Part shown: piece by piece, positions 38,515 through 52,943 of the stretch
How the letters are laid out: every line of letters begins with the position of its first letter
How positions within the stretch are numbered: position 1 is the stretch's first letter
Notes under the pieces: model-generated
What the model was told of the DNA's origin: nothing
The model's database searches: none
The model's input: the letters and a program-made list of their open reading frames with translations, nothing else
Source of the DNA: Octopus vulgaris
Lineage: Eukaryota
DNA length: 64,000 nucleotides
Assembly: GCA_951406725.2 (NCBI GenBank)
Contig: OX597830.1
Coordinates: 22,754,001 to 22,818,000, forward strand
Direction of reading: 5' to 3'
Position numbers and translations under genes: made by a program

Positions 38515-39297
38515 TGTGCAGTGGTTAAAATGTCGTCTAAATTACGCAAAAATGAAAATAATACTGTCATCTCATTTTAACAGATATATTTACCAACATT
38601 ACATAAAAATATCTTGAAATACCAAAGAGTAAATGTATTTAATAAAATCGCCATTGGCTTCAACCACAGCCTCCAGACGACTTCGGAATCTCCTGCAGCT
38701 CTTCTGGACGGTCTCATTGTTTAAGTTGCTGAATGCTGCCATAATCCTTGCCTTCAGTTCATCTTTGGTGTTACAAGGAGTTTTGTTGGTCTCTCGCTTA
38801 ACTGCGCCCCACACATAATAACCAAGGGGGTTGCAGTCTGGGGAGTTAGGTGGCCAGATGTCAGGGGTGATGTGGTCGCAGAAATTGTCTGACAGCCATG
38901 ACTGGGTTCTCCTGCTTGTGTGGCATGGTGCAGAGTCCTGTTGCCAGATATAGGGTCTCCAGCAGCCAGGCACTTGATGTAGGCTTCCATGTTGAGTCTG
39001 AGGTCGCGTGGGAAGATGAGTGATCACTTCAAAACCATGATGTTGACTGGATTTCTGGTTTTTATCACACTCGGCATATGCTCTCAGATTGCACTGTCCT
39101 CAAATTGACACCCAAACACTCTGAAATGTTCGTATTGGAGCTTCTGGCTGGCACGAATGCCAAGCTTTACAGCATATCGTTTCCAAATTTCTGGCAGAGT
39201 GAATTGCGTCGTGGTGCTGTTTTTCTCACAGTCGGTGCCCAACTGACCCTACTATACTGTGTAGTTGACAAAAACAATGCGCATGCGCGAAATTAAT
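38515..39297 (-). mobile_element. Internally deleted Tc1/mariner-superfamily transposon (maT/DD37D-like)
   Basis: ORF 38599-39027: YIWQQDSAPCH...WPPNSPDCNPLGYYVWG...RLEAVVEANG; N-terminal ISECLGVNLRTVQ HTH fragment at ~39090-39130 is fused directly to the catalytic region; third catalytic position reads G. Confidence 0.85.
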
Positions 39298-39413
39298 CTA
39301 CTTCATTTATATAGCTGCCTGAGTATGAGTGAGGAGGGAGCGAATGTATGTATGTATGCATGTATGTATGTATGTATGTATGTAAAACAATGGCAAGAAA
39401 CTAACATATAGTG

Positions 39414-39444
<31 letters not shown>

Positions 39445-40409
39445 GTGTGTGTGTGTGCGTGTATGTGTGTGTGTGTGTGTTTGTGTATTCATATATATGT
39501 TATATATGTATATGTATGTATAGATTTATGTAAAATGAACGCGTGTATATGTGTGTGCGTTATGTTTGTGTATTGTGTGAGTATATACGTGTGTGTGTGT
39601 GTGTGATATGAAATTCAAGAACATAGTTCTAGGCTTGCCCTAAATTATTTTTCTAAACTTCTAAACCCTTGAACGAAACACGTGTCTTACGAAGAGAATT
39701 ATCACAATTTTGACCTAAATCACTCTTTCAGTCGCTTGTTAGTCATCAAGGAAAATTTCGCATATGAATTAATTGATTCGAAGCAAGAGTATTCCGCTAG
39801 CCTGGCTCTGAAATATTTTTTCCAATTTATAATTTGAAGAGCGAACAATAATTAATTAGTAAAGCATGCGTTAACATACTTAATGAGGCGGAAATGATAA
39901 CTTTAATTAATCAAGTCGGTACCTGCTCTGAGAAGGGAATAACATGATTGAGCAATACCGAAATTTAAACAAAAGGAAGGGTAACAACTCGTATTAAAAA
40001 AAAAAATTAATTAATATGATTAATAATTAATATGTTCTATGATGTTTACGTAATTATTCATCGCTGACTAATTACCTAATTTAAACCACCAAGTAATTTA
40101 TTGAGGATATTGATTAGTATTAATATTTAAACAGTTTGACTGCGGGAATATTTGTGAATCTGTACTCAGTTGTGATTGAACAAGTCAAAGAGGATAACCA
40201 ACTGCATGAAATAGCAGTCACAACTCTCTAAAATTGCACTCATTAAAAAAGGAAGGACGCATTGAAGGGATGTTGATCCTACTCTAAAAAATTGCAAGAT
40301 GGTCATGTTTGGAATGTCTTTGATCCTAGTTTTCCTCATTCGAAACATATTCGAGCAATGAGTACACTATGTTCTTACATACATGTAATTTTGTTTTTTT
40401 GTTTTCTAA

Positions 40410-40785
40410 CCTTATACCTGTTTCCGTCGTTCGACTGCGGCCATGCTGGAGCACCTCCTTGTTGGGTTTTAGTCGAACACATCGACCCAAGTACTTATAT
40501 TTATAGTCTGGTATTTATTCTGTCGGCCTCTTTCGCCGAAACAAAAGATACGAGGACGTAAACAAACCAACACTGGTTGTGAGCAGTGGTGGTGGGACAA
40601 ACACAAGCGCAAAGACACACACACTCACACATGAATATTATACGACGAGCTTCCACACAGTTTCCGTCTACTTAATTGCCTCACAAGGTATTGGTCGACC
40701 AGTAGCTATAGTAGAAGCCACTGACTGAAGGTGCTATGAAGTAGGACTGAACCCGAAACCACATGGCTGCAAAGCGAGTTTCATA
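40410..40785 (-). mobile_element. SINE family A (diverged)
   Basis: cgactgcggccatgctggagcacc...cagtttccgtctac...ggactgaacccgaaaccacatgg. Confidence 0.75.
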
Positions 40786-41038
40786 TAGGTTACTCAATTA
40801 CAGTAATTTCATCAACTAAAATGTTCTGTGTCTGTAAAAGTATAACCAATTTATTGTGCATATATTTTAAGAACGAAATCTTACATGGATCCCTAACGGT
40901 CATATAGACTCCAATTTAGTACCACTGGACTAGATTGTCATATCCCATATCAATTTTACTTTATCGTTCTCTGCGACTGGTATCGGTTGGTATTCGTACC
41001 ACTTTTCGGTACACTGTAGCCGCCCTTAACTCCTGCAC

Positions 41039-41257
41039 TTACTCTTTTACTCTTTTACATGTTTCAGTCATTTGACTGTGGCCATGCTGGAGCACCGCCT
41101 TTAGTCGAGCAAATCGAACCCAGGACTTTTTCTTTGTAAGCCTAGTACTTATTCTATCGGTCTCTAAGTTACGGGGACGTAAACACACCAGCATCGGTTG
41201 TCAACACAGACACACACACACACACATACACACACACACACACACAGACACACACAG

Positions 41258-41315
<58 letters not shown>

Positions 41316-41469
41316 ACAAAGGGTTCTTTCAGTTTCCGTCTACCAAATCCACTCACAAGGCCCGAGGCTATAGTAGAAGACTCTTGACCAAGATGCCATG
41401 CAGTGGGACTGAACCCGAAGCCATGTGGTCGGTAAGCAAGCTACTTACCACGCAGCCACTCCTACACCT
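41039..41469 (-). mobile_element. SINE family A
   Basis: Reverse complement of the consensus with expanded (CA)n. Confidence 0.88.
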
Positions 41470-41604
41470 ATAGTATGAAGGATTATTATTGTTGTCCTTG
41501 TTATTTTTGTTGCTATTGTTGTTTTAGTTAATCAGCATCGTGATGTTCCTAGATCCTACATGTTATTGTTAGTGCAATAACTGGATTAATATAAAGCTGA
41601 GTAA

Positions 41605-42210
41605 GGCGGCGAGCTGGCAGAAACGTTAGCACGCCAGGCGAAATGCTTAGCGGTATTTCGTCTGCCGCTACGTTCTGAGTTCAAATTCCGCACAATTCTA
41701 CTTTACCTTTCATCTTTTCGGGGTCGATTAAACAAGTACCAGTTACGCACTGGGGTCGATATAGTCGACTTAATCCGTTTGTCTGTCCTTGTTTGTCCTC
41801 TCTGTGTGTAGCCCCTTTGTGGGTAGTAAAGAAATAGGTATTTCGTCTACCGTTACGTTCTGAGTTAAAATTCCACCGAGGTCGACTTTGCCTGTCACCC
41901 TTTGGGGGATCGATTAAATAAGTACCAGTTACGCACTGGGGTCGATATAATCGACTTAATCCCTTTGTCTGGCCTTGTTTGTCCTCTCTGTGTTTAGACC
42001 CTTGTGGGTAGTAAAGAAATAGGTATTTCGTCTACCGGTATTTCGTTCTGATTTAAAATTCTGCCGAAGTCGACTTTGCCTTTCATCCTTTCAGGGTCGA
42101 TTAAATAAGTACCAGTTGCGCACTGGGGTCGATGTAATCGACTTAATCCCTTTGTATGTCCTTGTTCATCTTCTCTATGTTTAGCCCCCTGTGGGAGCAA
42201 TAAAGAAAAA
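41605..42210 (+). mobile_element. Head-to-tail trimer of SINE B inside one 17-nt TSD
   Basis: aatataaagctgagtaa at 41588-604 and 42211-227; units start at 41605, ~41837 and ~42022. Confidence 0.9.
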
Positions 42211-42602
42211 AATATAAAGCTGAGTAAACGACTTCGCCTGTTTTTAGTGCTACAATAGCAAATCTTCTGCATTTTCAAAATTCAGTTTCGCCATCATGAT
42301 TTATGTTATCAAGATCAACGGTAAAGTTATCGATTGAGGTGAAATCACATCTGTTATCTTTTATTCATTTCATTCATTCATATGCAGCCATGCTGGAGTA
42401 TCAATCTGTACAAAAAAATGAAATGTAGTCTTTTAAATATTAAAATTATTGAAGTTATATTTCTTCATTTGAATTTTTTTTGTAATTAAGGATCCACACA
42501 ACGTATAATATAGTTAATCATGTATGCATGCATGCATGTATGTATGTATGTATGCATGCATGCATGCATGTATGTATGTATGTATGTATGTATGTATGTA
42601 TG

Positions 42603-43095
42603 TCATTATTCAGTTTATTTCAAGATTTCTTGCCAATAGAGAATGAACCGGTTTCTAACCTAGATTCAAGGTTCCCTCATTGGAATTTCAACATCACCAA
42701 TAGGATATTTTGCTTGCATGTATGTATGTATGTATGTATGTATGTATGTATGTATGTATGTATGTATGTATGTATGTATGTATGTATGTATGCTCATGCA
42801 TTTAGTTGCATATCTAGACATGCTCATATATATACAACATGATAAACTTCTGGAAAGTTTTACAGATTTTTACAGTTTCAATGATGGAATGGATCTGTAA
42901 TCTTCGAATTAGCTTTCTCTTTTCTGGTTTTGCGAAGCCTAATTTCTCAAGATTGGTATTTAGGCAGTGTATTACACATCCCAGGACCCCTATAATTACA
43001 GGTATAAACCAGAACTTGTAAACTGGATAGAGTAACTGCAGATTTCTTAATAGTTCAGCATAGGTGTTCTCTTTTTCACTGATCTTCAGCTGTAT
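42603..43095 (-). mobile_element. 3' end of an RLE-type (R4/Dong/NeSL-like) non-LTR element in (TACA)n
   Basis: LKISEKENTYAELLRNLQLLYPVYKFWFIPVIIGVLG...VKICKTF (K..Y..L / IPVIIG.LG motif); putative 3' UTR at 42603-42715 is split off by (TATG)n. Confidence 0.7.
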
Positions 43096-43283
43096 GTATG
43101 TATATATGTAGCTATATGTATGTGTATGTAGGTGCATGTATAAATATATATATGTGTGTGAGTGTGTGTGCGAAAATATATATGTGTGTGTGTATGTATA
43201 TATATATATTTTTTTTTTTTGAAGTTTCAGCTCAGAGCTGCGGCCATGCTGATGCACCGCCGTTTTGGGCTACACTGTTATTA

Positions 43284-43592
43284 CTAGGAGTCTACTCTAA
43301 TATGTGGCACTTGATGAAGAATGGAGTTTGATGTAGCTACCTTCATTTGCACCTCTTGCCGCGAGGTAGGCTCATCTGGGACTCTCGACAGGAAGAGGTC
43401 CAGCTTTGATTTAAAAACCCCTACATCTACTTTGTGCAAGTTCCTCAGACTCTTTGGGAGAATATTAAAAAGCTGTGGGCCTTTGAAACCCAGGTTGTTG
43501 CAGTAACTGGTCCTGAAGCGTGATGGCATTGCTGGGATCTTTGGCGCCATGCAGTGTCGTCCCGTTCTGGCATTGGTGTAGTTTTCAATGTA
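43284..43592 (-). pseudogene. LINE (CR1/Jockey-group) ORF2 C-terminal fragment
   Basis: RTGRHC...GPQLFNILPKSLRN...FKSKLDLFLSRVPDEP...SNSI, a typical post-RT C-terminus. Confidence 0.75.
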
Positions 43593-43607
43593 CATATATA
43601 TATATAT

Positions 43608-43839
43608 ATTTCTTTACTGCCCACAAGGGGCTAAACGTAGAGGGGACAAACAAGGACAGACAAAGGGAATAAGTCGATTACATCGACCCCAGTGCGTAAT
43701 TGGTACTTTATTTATCGACCCCGAAAGGATGAAAGGCAAAGTCGACCTCGGCGGAATTTGAACTCAGAACGTAACGGCAGACGAAATACGGTTATGCATT
43801 TCGCCCGGCGTGCGAACGTTTCTGGTAGCTCACCGCCTT
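43608..43839 (-). mobile_element. SINE family B (tail type 2)
   Basis: Full-length reverse-complement copy. Confidence 0.9.
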
Positions 43840-44076
43840 CTTATACATGCATATATATATATATATATATATATGCATGTAATATACACACTCGCATACA
43901 AACATACATATCAATGTATGATACGATTATACACGCATGTATCTTGATAAACACACCAGTACACTGACACATAGGTAAACAAAATAACGCGCGTGTGCGC
44001 GTTCATGCCGTGCGTGTATATATGTATATACATACATACATACATACATATATATACACACACACGGACGTATATT

Positions 44077-44124
<48 letters not shown>

Positions 44125-44425
44125 TGTATGTATGTATGTATGTATGTATGTATATCACACATATATAAACACAAACATATCTAGCAAGTAGACTGTTTAA
44201 TAAGTTGATCGGCTCTGCTGAAAAGAATCGTTGTTCTGTGACGGCATTATAAATTTATAGAGTCTTGAGCCATTATCTCACCTGCCATCACCCATCTACT
44301 GTCAGAAGTGGGTCAGATGATGGGATTTAGGTCAAGTCCTTAATTCAAGACCTTGTTCTTTGTTATTTGTTCCTCGACGATCTATTTGGGCGGTTGACAT
44401 GCATGATGATGCTAAATAAAGCAGG

Positions 44426-44514
<89 letters not shown>

Positions 44515-44537
44515 CATACATACATACATACACACAT

Positions 44538-44581
<44 letters not shown>

Positions 44582-44739
44582 TTACACACGCATACATACA
44601 TTCATACATACATACATACATACATACATACATACATACATACATACATACATTCGCTCCCTCCTCACTCATACACACGCAGATATATAAATGAAGTAGA
44701 TTGGTGTGTGTATATATGTATGTATATATGTATTTATGT

Positions 44740-44796
<57 letters not shown>

Positions 44797-45378
44797 CATA
44801 CATACATGTATACATACATACGTACATACATATATGTATATACGCACACATACTTATATATGAGCATACCTATATGCATATGTATGTAAACATGTGTATG
44901 AATACATATATACACGTGTGTATATAGACATGTGTGCGCATACATATGTCTACAAATGCTAAAATCATGTATACATACATACTTACATACATACACACAC
45001 AATCTTCCACACGGTGACTCATACAAAATATATATATTTTAATGCATAATTTCAATGTATAGACATAGATGTATAAATTTTCATATGTAGAAACTAGTAA
45101 ACACAGACTCCTATTGTTGCTTTCATTAGTAAGTATACAGGCGGATTAAAACTTAGGTTTATGGCAAGTATCACATCAACGTTATAATAATTCATTAAAA
45201 CTATTACCACATTAAATTTGTTAGCCTCATTTTGTATATTTTCAGTGTCATTAATTATAATACATTTATCATAACTATGATAATATTTCTGTCGTAACTT
45301 TTAAATTTCTTTGATAAAAATAAATGAGTATTGCACATGGTTTTTTTTTTTTCATAACTGACCTGTATATATATATAT

Positions 45379-45556
45379 ATAGTTAATCCAAACAAGAAAA
45401 CACAGAAAAAAACACAGCAACGCGAGGACGTGGAACAATTAAGGTATTATTTGACGCTCAGGAAAGAAGGGAAGGAGGGTTTAACGTTTCGAGCGGAGCT
45501 CTTCGTCGGAAACAAAGGAGAAGGAAAGATCCCGAGAAGGGAAGACAGAGGAAACA
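45379..45556 (-). mobile_element. Hammerhead-like-motif repeat, copy 2
   Basis: Near-identical to 5762-5946, including the motif at 45479-45513. Confidence 0.6.
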
Positions 45557-45808
45557 AATATTTTTGCTGGTGGTGCTCAAGAGATCACATGTTATATATC
45601 ACATATATACCCACATATATACACACACAGGCACATCAAGCACAAGTATATACATTGATGTACATCTACTAATAGTAATATGCATACGTAGAGAGGCGTG
45701 TGCATATATATACTGCGCGTTTGTGTTTGTGTGTATGTATGCGTGTGTGTGCGTTTGTGGAGGCCTGTTTTCTAAATGTCAACCGTAGTACATACACATA
45801 AACATGTC

Positions 45809-45909
<101 letters not shown>

Positions 45910-46929
45910 AGGTAGGTAGGTATGTATGTATTCCAATCTTTATGTATGCACATGTGTGGCTGAATGAGTATGATGGTGGCATGTTTAATATATATATATA
46001 TATTCACACACACACATATATATCTTATACATACATATATATATACATATATATATGTATATACATGTATGTATATGCATATATGTATATTTATATATCA
46101 GTGATTATATACACACACACATATATATATATATACATACAAACACATTCATGTATACATACATTCATACACACACACACACATACATATATATATGTGT
46201 ATATATATATATGTATGGACATATATACACACACACGCAAACACGCACACACACACATGCACACACAGAGAAAGAGAGATGCACATATGCATACACACAC
46301 ATACCATTTGTGTGTGTATGTCTGTACGATTTTTCGTATATGATTCTGATGTATGTATGTATGTATGTATGTATGTATGTATGTATGTATGTGTGACTAT
46401 GTATTTATATATACATCTGTGTGTTTGTATGCGTATTTTTGCGTGTTGTGTGTGTTGTGTGTGAATGTATGAATGAATATATGTGCGTATGTATGTATAT
46501 TTGAATGTATATATATATATGACTGTGCGTGTGAGTATGTATGTATGTATGTATGTATGTTTGTATGTATGTATGTATGTATGTATGTATGTATGTGTGT
46601 GTGTATGTATGTATGTATGTATGTATGTATGTGTGTGTGTATGTATGTATGTATGTATGTATGTATGAATGTATGTATGTATGTATGTATGTATGTATGT
46701 ATGTATGTATGTATGTGTGTGTGTATGTATGTATGTATGTATGTATGTATGTATGTATGTATGTATGTATGTATGTATGTGTGTATGTATGTATGTATGT
46801 ATGTATGTATGTATGTATGTATGTTTGGGTATGTGTGGGATTGAAATGAACGGTAAATCTTAGAAAAATGATAAACAGTGTTGTGAAGTATATGGTTAGC
46901 TTGTGTATATTAGAGATAAGACTTATCTT

Positions 46930-47838
46930 AGTAGGGTAGTGGAGGTGGTGGTGGTGGTGGTGGTTTTGGTGGTAGTGGTGATGGTGTTGCTGGTGGCGAC
47001 GGTTATGATGATGATTGCAATTGTGATGCTGGTAATGGTGCTTGTTGGCGGTGGTAGAGGCGATGATGGTCTTGGTAATGGTGAGAGTGGCACTGGTGAT
47101 GGTAGTAGTATTGGTAGTGATGATGGTGGTGGTGGTGGTGGTGGAGATGGCGGCGGCGGTTTTGGTAGTGATGGTCGTAGTGGTGGTGGTGGGGATAGCG
47201 GGCGTGGCGGCGACGGTGGTGGTGGTGATGGTGGTGGTGGTGATGGTGGTGGTGGTGATGGTGGCGGTCGTGGTGGTGGTCGTTTTGGTTGTAGTGGTTG
47301 CCGTAATGGTGATTATGGTAATGATTACAGGTAGCGGCGGCGGCGTTTGTGGTGGTGGTGTTGGCGGTAGTGGTGGTGGATTGTGACAGTGGTGGTGATG
47401 GCGGTGGTGAGGGTTGTAGCATTGACGGTGGTTGTAGTAGTAGTACTAGTGACCATGGTAGTGATGTTGGTGTTGGTGTTAATAGCAGTGGTATTGTTGG
47501 TGGTAAGAGTGGTGGCGACATCGGTGGTGTTGGTGTTGGTGTTAGTGTAGTAGTGGTGGTGTGATAGGTTGTGATAGTTGTAGCAGTTGTGGTGTTAGTT
47601 ACGGGGTGTGTGTGAGGGGATGACGATATTGTGAAGGTGTGGTGGTAGTAGTAGCTTTAGTGGTGGTGATGATAAAGTTGTTGTTGCTGGTGTTGGTGGT
47701 GATGGTTTTGGTGGTGGTGTTGACTGTGATGATGGTGGCAGTGGTGGTGGCGGAAGTAGTAGTAATTGTAGTAGTAGTAGTAGTAGAAGTAGTAGTCGTA
47801 GTAGTAGTAGTAGTAGTTGTAGTAGTTGTCGTAGTAGT

Positions 47839-47911
<73 letters not shown>

Positions 47912-48106
47912 ATAGTAGTAGAAAAATGATTATGATTAGTTTTGATAACTGTAAAGTAGCTGTTAGGGTGGTGGTAGTGATGGTGGGTGTGGGTGATTTT
48001 GTGGTGGGTGATAATTGCGGTGGTGACCGTGGTGGAGACAGTGGGGGGGATACTGATAGTAACAAAGGGGGTGGGGAGATGATAGTTTCGGTTTGAGCGT
48101 TGGAAG

Positions 48107-48144
<38 letters not shown>

Positions 48145-48220
48145 GTGATGGTGATGGTGATGGTGATGGTGATGATGATGAGGATGATGATGATGATGGT
48201 GATGATGATGATGATAACAG
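46930..48220. repeat. Mixed (GGT)/(GAT)/(GTA)n trinucleotide low-complexity region
   Basis: Directly visible; gives spurious poly-G/H/V/T ORFs. Confidence 0.9.
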
Positions 48221-48344
48221 AACATTTAGAAAGTGATACAGCTTACAGTACTGCAACAGGTGGTGTTTTCCTTAAACGCATTTCCAGCTTTCACTTTTTG
48301 CCCGAAGGCTGCTGACCTATGTTATATACAGCTCGTACCAAAGC

Positions 48345-48595
48345 AACCAATTTTGGCACAATGCCAGCAATTTCGGGGAAGTAGCTTAGTCGATTACATC
48401 GACCCCACTGTTCAACTGGTCCTTTTTTTTTTCTTTTTGTCGACCTAGAAAGGATGAAAGACAAAGTCGACCTCGGTGGAATTTGAACTCACAACGTAAA
48501 GACGGACGAAATGCCGATAAGCATTTTGCCAGGCGCGTTAATGATTCTACCTGCCTGCCGCCTCAACAACAACAACAACAACGACGACTACGACG

Positions 48596-48629
<34 letters not shown>

Positions 48630-49009
48630 GAATCCTTTCTACTAAAGGTACCAGACCTGAAATTTTGTGGGGAGGGGACTAGTAGATTACATCGACTCCA
48701 GTGTTTCATTCGTACTTAATTTATCGACCCCTAAAGTATGAAAGGTAAAGTCAATATCGGTGGAATTTGAACTCAGAACGTAACGACGAAAGAAATACCG
48801 CTAAGCACTTTGCCTGGCGTGCTAACGTTTCTGCCAGTTCGCCGCCTTAACAGTAACTGTAATAATCCATTCTACCATAGGCACAAGGCCTGAATTTTTT
48901 GGGGAGGGTGCCAATCGATTAGATCGACTCTAGTATGCAACTGATACTTAATTTATCGACACCGAAAAGATGAAAGGTAAAGTCGACCTCGGCGGAATTT
49001 GAACTCAGA
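48345..49009 (-). mobile_element. Three tandem SINE B copies (tail type 1)
   Basis: Copies at ~48345-48563, 48632-48848 and 48866-49009 (last one truncated). Confidence 0.85.
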
Positions 49010-49149
49010 TAACAACATGTAACCGTCGGTGTAGTTATAAAGGGATGTAGGTACTTATACAGATGCATTCATGTAGGGATATTAAAAATCTAATAAAAAT
49101 CACATGGAAGGCAAGCAAACATGAAAAAAGAAAAGAAACCAAAATATAT

Positions 49150-49715
49150 TTTTTATAAGAAAGTTCCAAGCAAGGCGAGAAGCCATTTAGTGTAAGGGAC
49201 TATGAAAAAGGAGAAATTAAGGTGAAAGGAATGAATTTACTTTAGACTTGAAAGAGTGCTGGTCATAAGAAGGAGGAATACAATGAAATTGAAGAGAGTT
49301 CCAAAGACTGGCAGTTCGAGGGGAAAATCTACGATCGTAGAAAGACTTTCTTATTCGTGAAAACACAACAGTATTTGGATGAAGGTGCTGTGAGTTTCAA
49401 ATTAGGCGAGATGTCACAAAATGATCTGGAGTTAAGTGAGAATGTTCATCAGAGCACTGTTTGTGGCAATAGCGATAGAAAAAGCTAAGATAGGCGAAGT
49501 CATGTCGATGTGATCAGGGTTGCAGAGCTGAAGCAAGAGATGGACCAATCAAATTTATGAGTCGCTTCTGAACCCGGTCGAGGAGATCCAAGTAACAAGA
49601 TGGTGCACCAGCCCAAGTATGACAACAGTATTCCATACCAGGGCGAATTGTGAGTTTGTAAAGGTACAAAATGTCATTGGGTGTGAGGTAGTCCTTTGAC
49701 CTATACAAACTTACT
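49150..49715 (-). pseudogene. LINE (Jockey/L2/CR1-group) reverse-transcriptase C-terminal region and 3' end
   Basis: LYLYKLTIRPGMEYCCHTWAGAP...LDRVQKR...LQP*SHR...FFYRY...PRTASLWNSL...SFKSKVN. Confidence 0.85.
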
Positions 49716-51284
49716 GTGATCTGATCTACCAATTAACTGTATATAAAAACTAAAAAAAAAAAAAGATCAGGCGAGAAAGAAAAAAAAACCCAGCAATTTC
49801 AAAGAAGACCCTTTTCTTCAAGTAGTTTGACTTTCTCATTATGTGATATCTCAGACTTGTAACTTAAGCAAATGAGAGGAAGATAGGGATCCCGCTTCCT
49901 ACTGAAAGACAGGAATTTGGTCCTGCCAGAGTTGAAAGTTACTAGCCACTTCTAGTCCCGATTCTTAAAAGCTTGCGGATCCACCTCAAGATCACTCAAT
50001 GAGATAAGTAAACACGCCATTTAAAAATCCAGAGAAATGAATACTACAAAAATATAGCATAAACTGAAAGAGATAAACACCTCAAAAAAACAAAGTTCGC
50101 TTACACATTTGGGTAACATACCAAACCAGACTGAACTCGATTAAAAATGGTATGGGAGGGCAATAAGCAATCTTTTTCACATTAATGACCTCAAGCTGCA
50201 AGATTATAAACAGTTAGAAATACTATTACAGATAGTACATTGATTTACTTAAACTCAATACGTTTTTTCGCGACTCGAGTTTCACGCCACTACCATCATC
50301 ATGTGATAATAGAGAAACAACCTACTTCCTATAATGTATTGATTATTTGCTTTCTCTTTCGTTGACAAAATGTTCTATTTGTTCGCAGACATACACATCT
50401 ATGTATATGTGCACGCATATGTAGATCTCATAGATATAAACCATCTGTTACGTAAAATCCATAGTGATGAGTGTGTTTGAATTCTCTCAACAAAACGTTG
50501 TACCACGCAAGGAAAACAGTAGAGTAAAATAAACGCTAGTCTATATCGGATATTCAAATGATATAATCGAAACACAGTATAATAAAAGAACAAATTAACC
50601 ATACATAAAATATATTATATGATGTTATATGAGCCAAATACACAGCTGTTATAGAAAAGATGAACACGTTATCAACAAACACTTAAACAAGAAGAAAATA
50701 ATTCATTACTCTCAATTATATATTAACATTACTAGTGTATAATAATTTGAACATAAAACCCTCACAAAACCACCCATTAAACAAAACTAACAAGCCAAGC
50801 TTATATTTAATTTCACTGAATAAATTCAGATGATCAACATAATTTAGAAATTCAAATGCGAAGATGAAAGCTGCAAATTGCAAGATGTTATGTGTTGCGT
50901 TGGATATACAACTACCACTCTTTCTCGTCGAATGATCATGCACTTACAATGAATAACAATTGCAAATGAATAACAGTTACACCACAAGAATAGAAATAGA
51001 TTGGCGGAATTGTTCCGGTAGATTAGTAGAATCGTTAGAGCGTCGGATAAGATGCTTTGCAATCTTAGTTCCGGCTCTTTAATTCCTGAATTTGAATCTC
51101 ATCGAGGTTAACTTTGCCTTCATTAAACTCTTCCAGAGTCAATATAGGTAAAGTTGAGGAGAGATTAGTCAATAAATTTACCCCAACAGTTGACGGATAA
51201 TTTAATTTATCGTCCTCCCAAGTTTTAATCTTGTGCTTCTTTTAGAAAAGAAATCATACCATATAACAAAATCTAGTTATTCAC

Positions 51285-51480
51285 CACCATTTAAAAGTAG
51301 ATATTGTGTTAGGACGCAGAATACTGCGATAATTTCCACGAGAGAACCTCTCATATAGTTTTGTGGTGCATATATGCATTCTTGTTTACACCGCTATGCT
51401 TACAAAAGCATTTGAGAGGTTCTCTTACGGTAACTTTCGCAGTATCCTGTGTTCTAACAGTACATCACTTTTTAAGTGAG
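51285..51480. mobile_element. Diverged palindromic MITE-like element
   Basis: Imperfect arms of roughly 85 bp, e.g. atactgcga/tcgcagtat, agagaacctctca/tgagaggttctct, ttttgt/acaaaa. Confidence 0.65.
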
Positions 51481-51737
51481 AATAAATATTACTTTTTGGT
51501 GTTAATATTGCTTGTGTCGCTATTAAAAACTAGATAAATTTTAAGTCCAATTTGCGAACAATATCATCGCTGGTTACAAGGTTTTAATCAGGCAGTTACT
51601 GTTTAACTGCATTTATAGCAGGGAAAACGACAGAGGGGAGTCTAAGAAGACACAGAACAAATATCTCAACGGGATTTGTTTGTTGAACATTAGTTATTTG
51701 GTTTTCTTGGTGATATTCGTATCTTTTGATAAACACG

Positions 51738-51838
<101 letters not shown>

Positions 51839-51848
51839 ACACATGTAG

Positions 51849-52147
51849 AGGCACATGGACTAGTGGTTAGAGCAGCGGACTCGCGGTCGAGGGATCGCGG
51901 GTCCGAATCTTAGACTGGGCGATGTGTGCGTTTATGAGTGAAACACCTAAGCTCCACGCGGCTCCGACAGAAGGTAACGGCGAACTTCTGCTGACCCTTC
52001 GCCACAACTTTCTCTCACTCTTTCCTCCTGCATCTTGCAGCTCACCTGCGATGGATCGGCGTCCCGTCCAGGTGGGGAACCTATACGCCAAGGAAACCGG
52101 GAAACCGGCCCTAATGAACCAGGCATGGCTCGAGAAGGAACAAACAT
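51849..52147 (+). mobile_element. SINE family C (variant C2)
   Basis: tRNA-like head tggactagtggttagagcagcggactcgcgg; body cctgcgatggatcggcgtcccgtccagg...ggaaaccgggaaaccgg. Confidence 0.85.
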
Positions 52148-52148
52148 A

Positions 52149-52228
<80 letters not shown>

Positions 52229-52687
52229 TGTGTGTGTGTGGATTCAGACATATCTACGTACACAGACACAACACTGGATTAACCATTAAGCAAACTAAGC
52301 ATGTGCCTAGGGGATCAAAGAAAGGAGGCTTCACAGAAATGGTAAATGGTTTACGGCACAAAAGAAATCACATTAAAAACTTGCTAGACTAATATTCGAA
52401 GTGGTTTATCTCTGTTAAGTATAGAAACAGACGCCTCACGCAAGAATAATTCTGAGGATCTGATCAAAGAATTTGCAATTTCAGAAAGTAGGAGGAAAGT
52501 TTTCAACTATAAATAAAGTAGAAGTATACAAAAACAAACATTATTTTTCATCTTATTATTAGTTTTGCTTCATTTTGAAAAAAATGAAAATTTATTTTAT
52601 GGTGTATTATTGGTTATATTTTGAACTACATATATATGAGCACACCAAATCTTTTAAGTGCTTGGGGCCTCTATGGTTCTTAATTCA

Positions 52688-52908
52688 TATTTCTTTACTA
52701 CCCACAAGGGGCTAAACACAGAGGGGACAAACAAGGACATTAAGTCGATTACATCAACCCCAGTGCGTAACTGGTACTTAATTTTATCGACCCCGAGATG
52801 ATGAAAGGCAAAGTCGACCTCGGCGGAATTTGAACTCAGAACGTAACGGCAGACTAATTACCGTTAAGCATTTCACCCGGCGTGCTAACGATTCTGCTTG
52901 CTCGCCGC
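52688..52908 (-). mobile_element. SINE family B (tail type 2)
   Basis: Full-length reverse-complement copy. Confidence 0.9.
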
Positions 52909-52943
52909 TCTTAATTCGGCTTTGCATACATAAAGGAAAAGAA

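Noticed and set aside
46903-48315. Gly/His/Thr/Val-rich ORFs resembling structural proteins
   Set aside because: Open frames on both strands come from mixed trinucleotide repeats; no splice or domain evidence
52452-52492. CTGAGGA...cagaaag hammerhead-like string
   Set aside because: Stem register is incompatible with the core and there is no stem I or III
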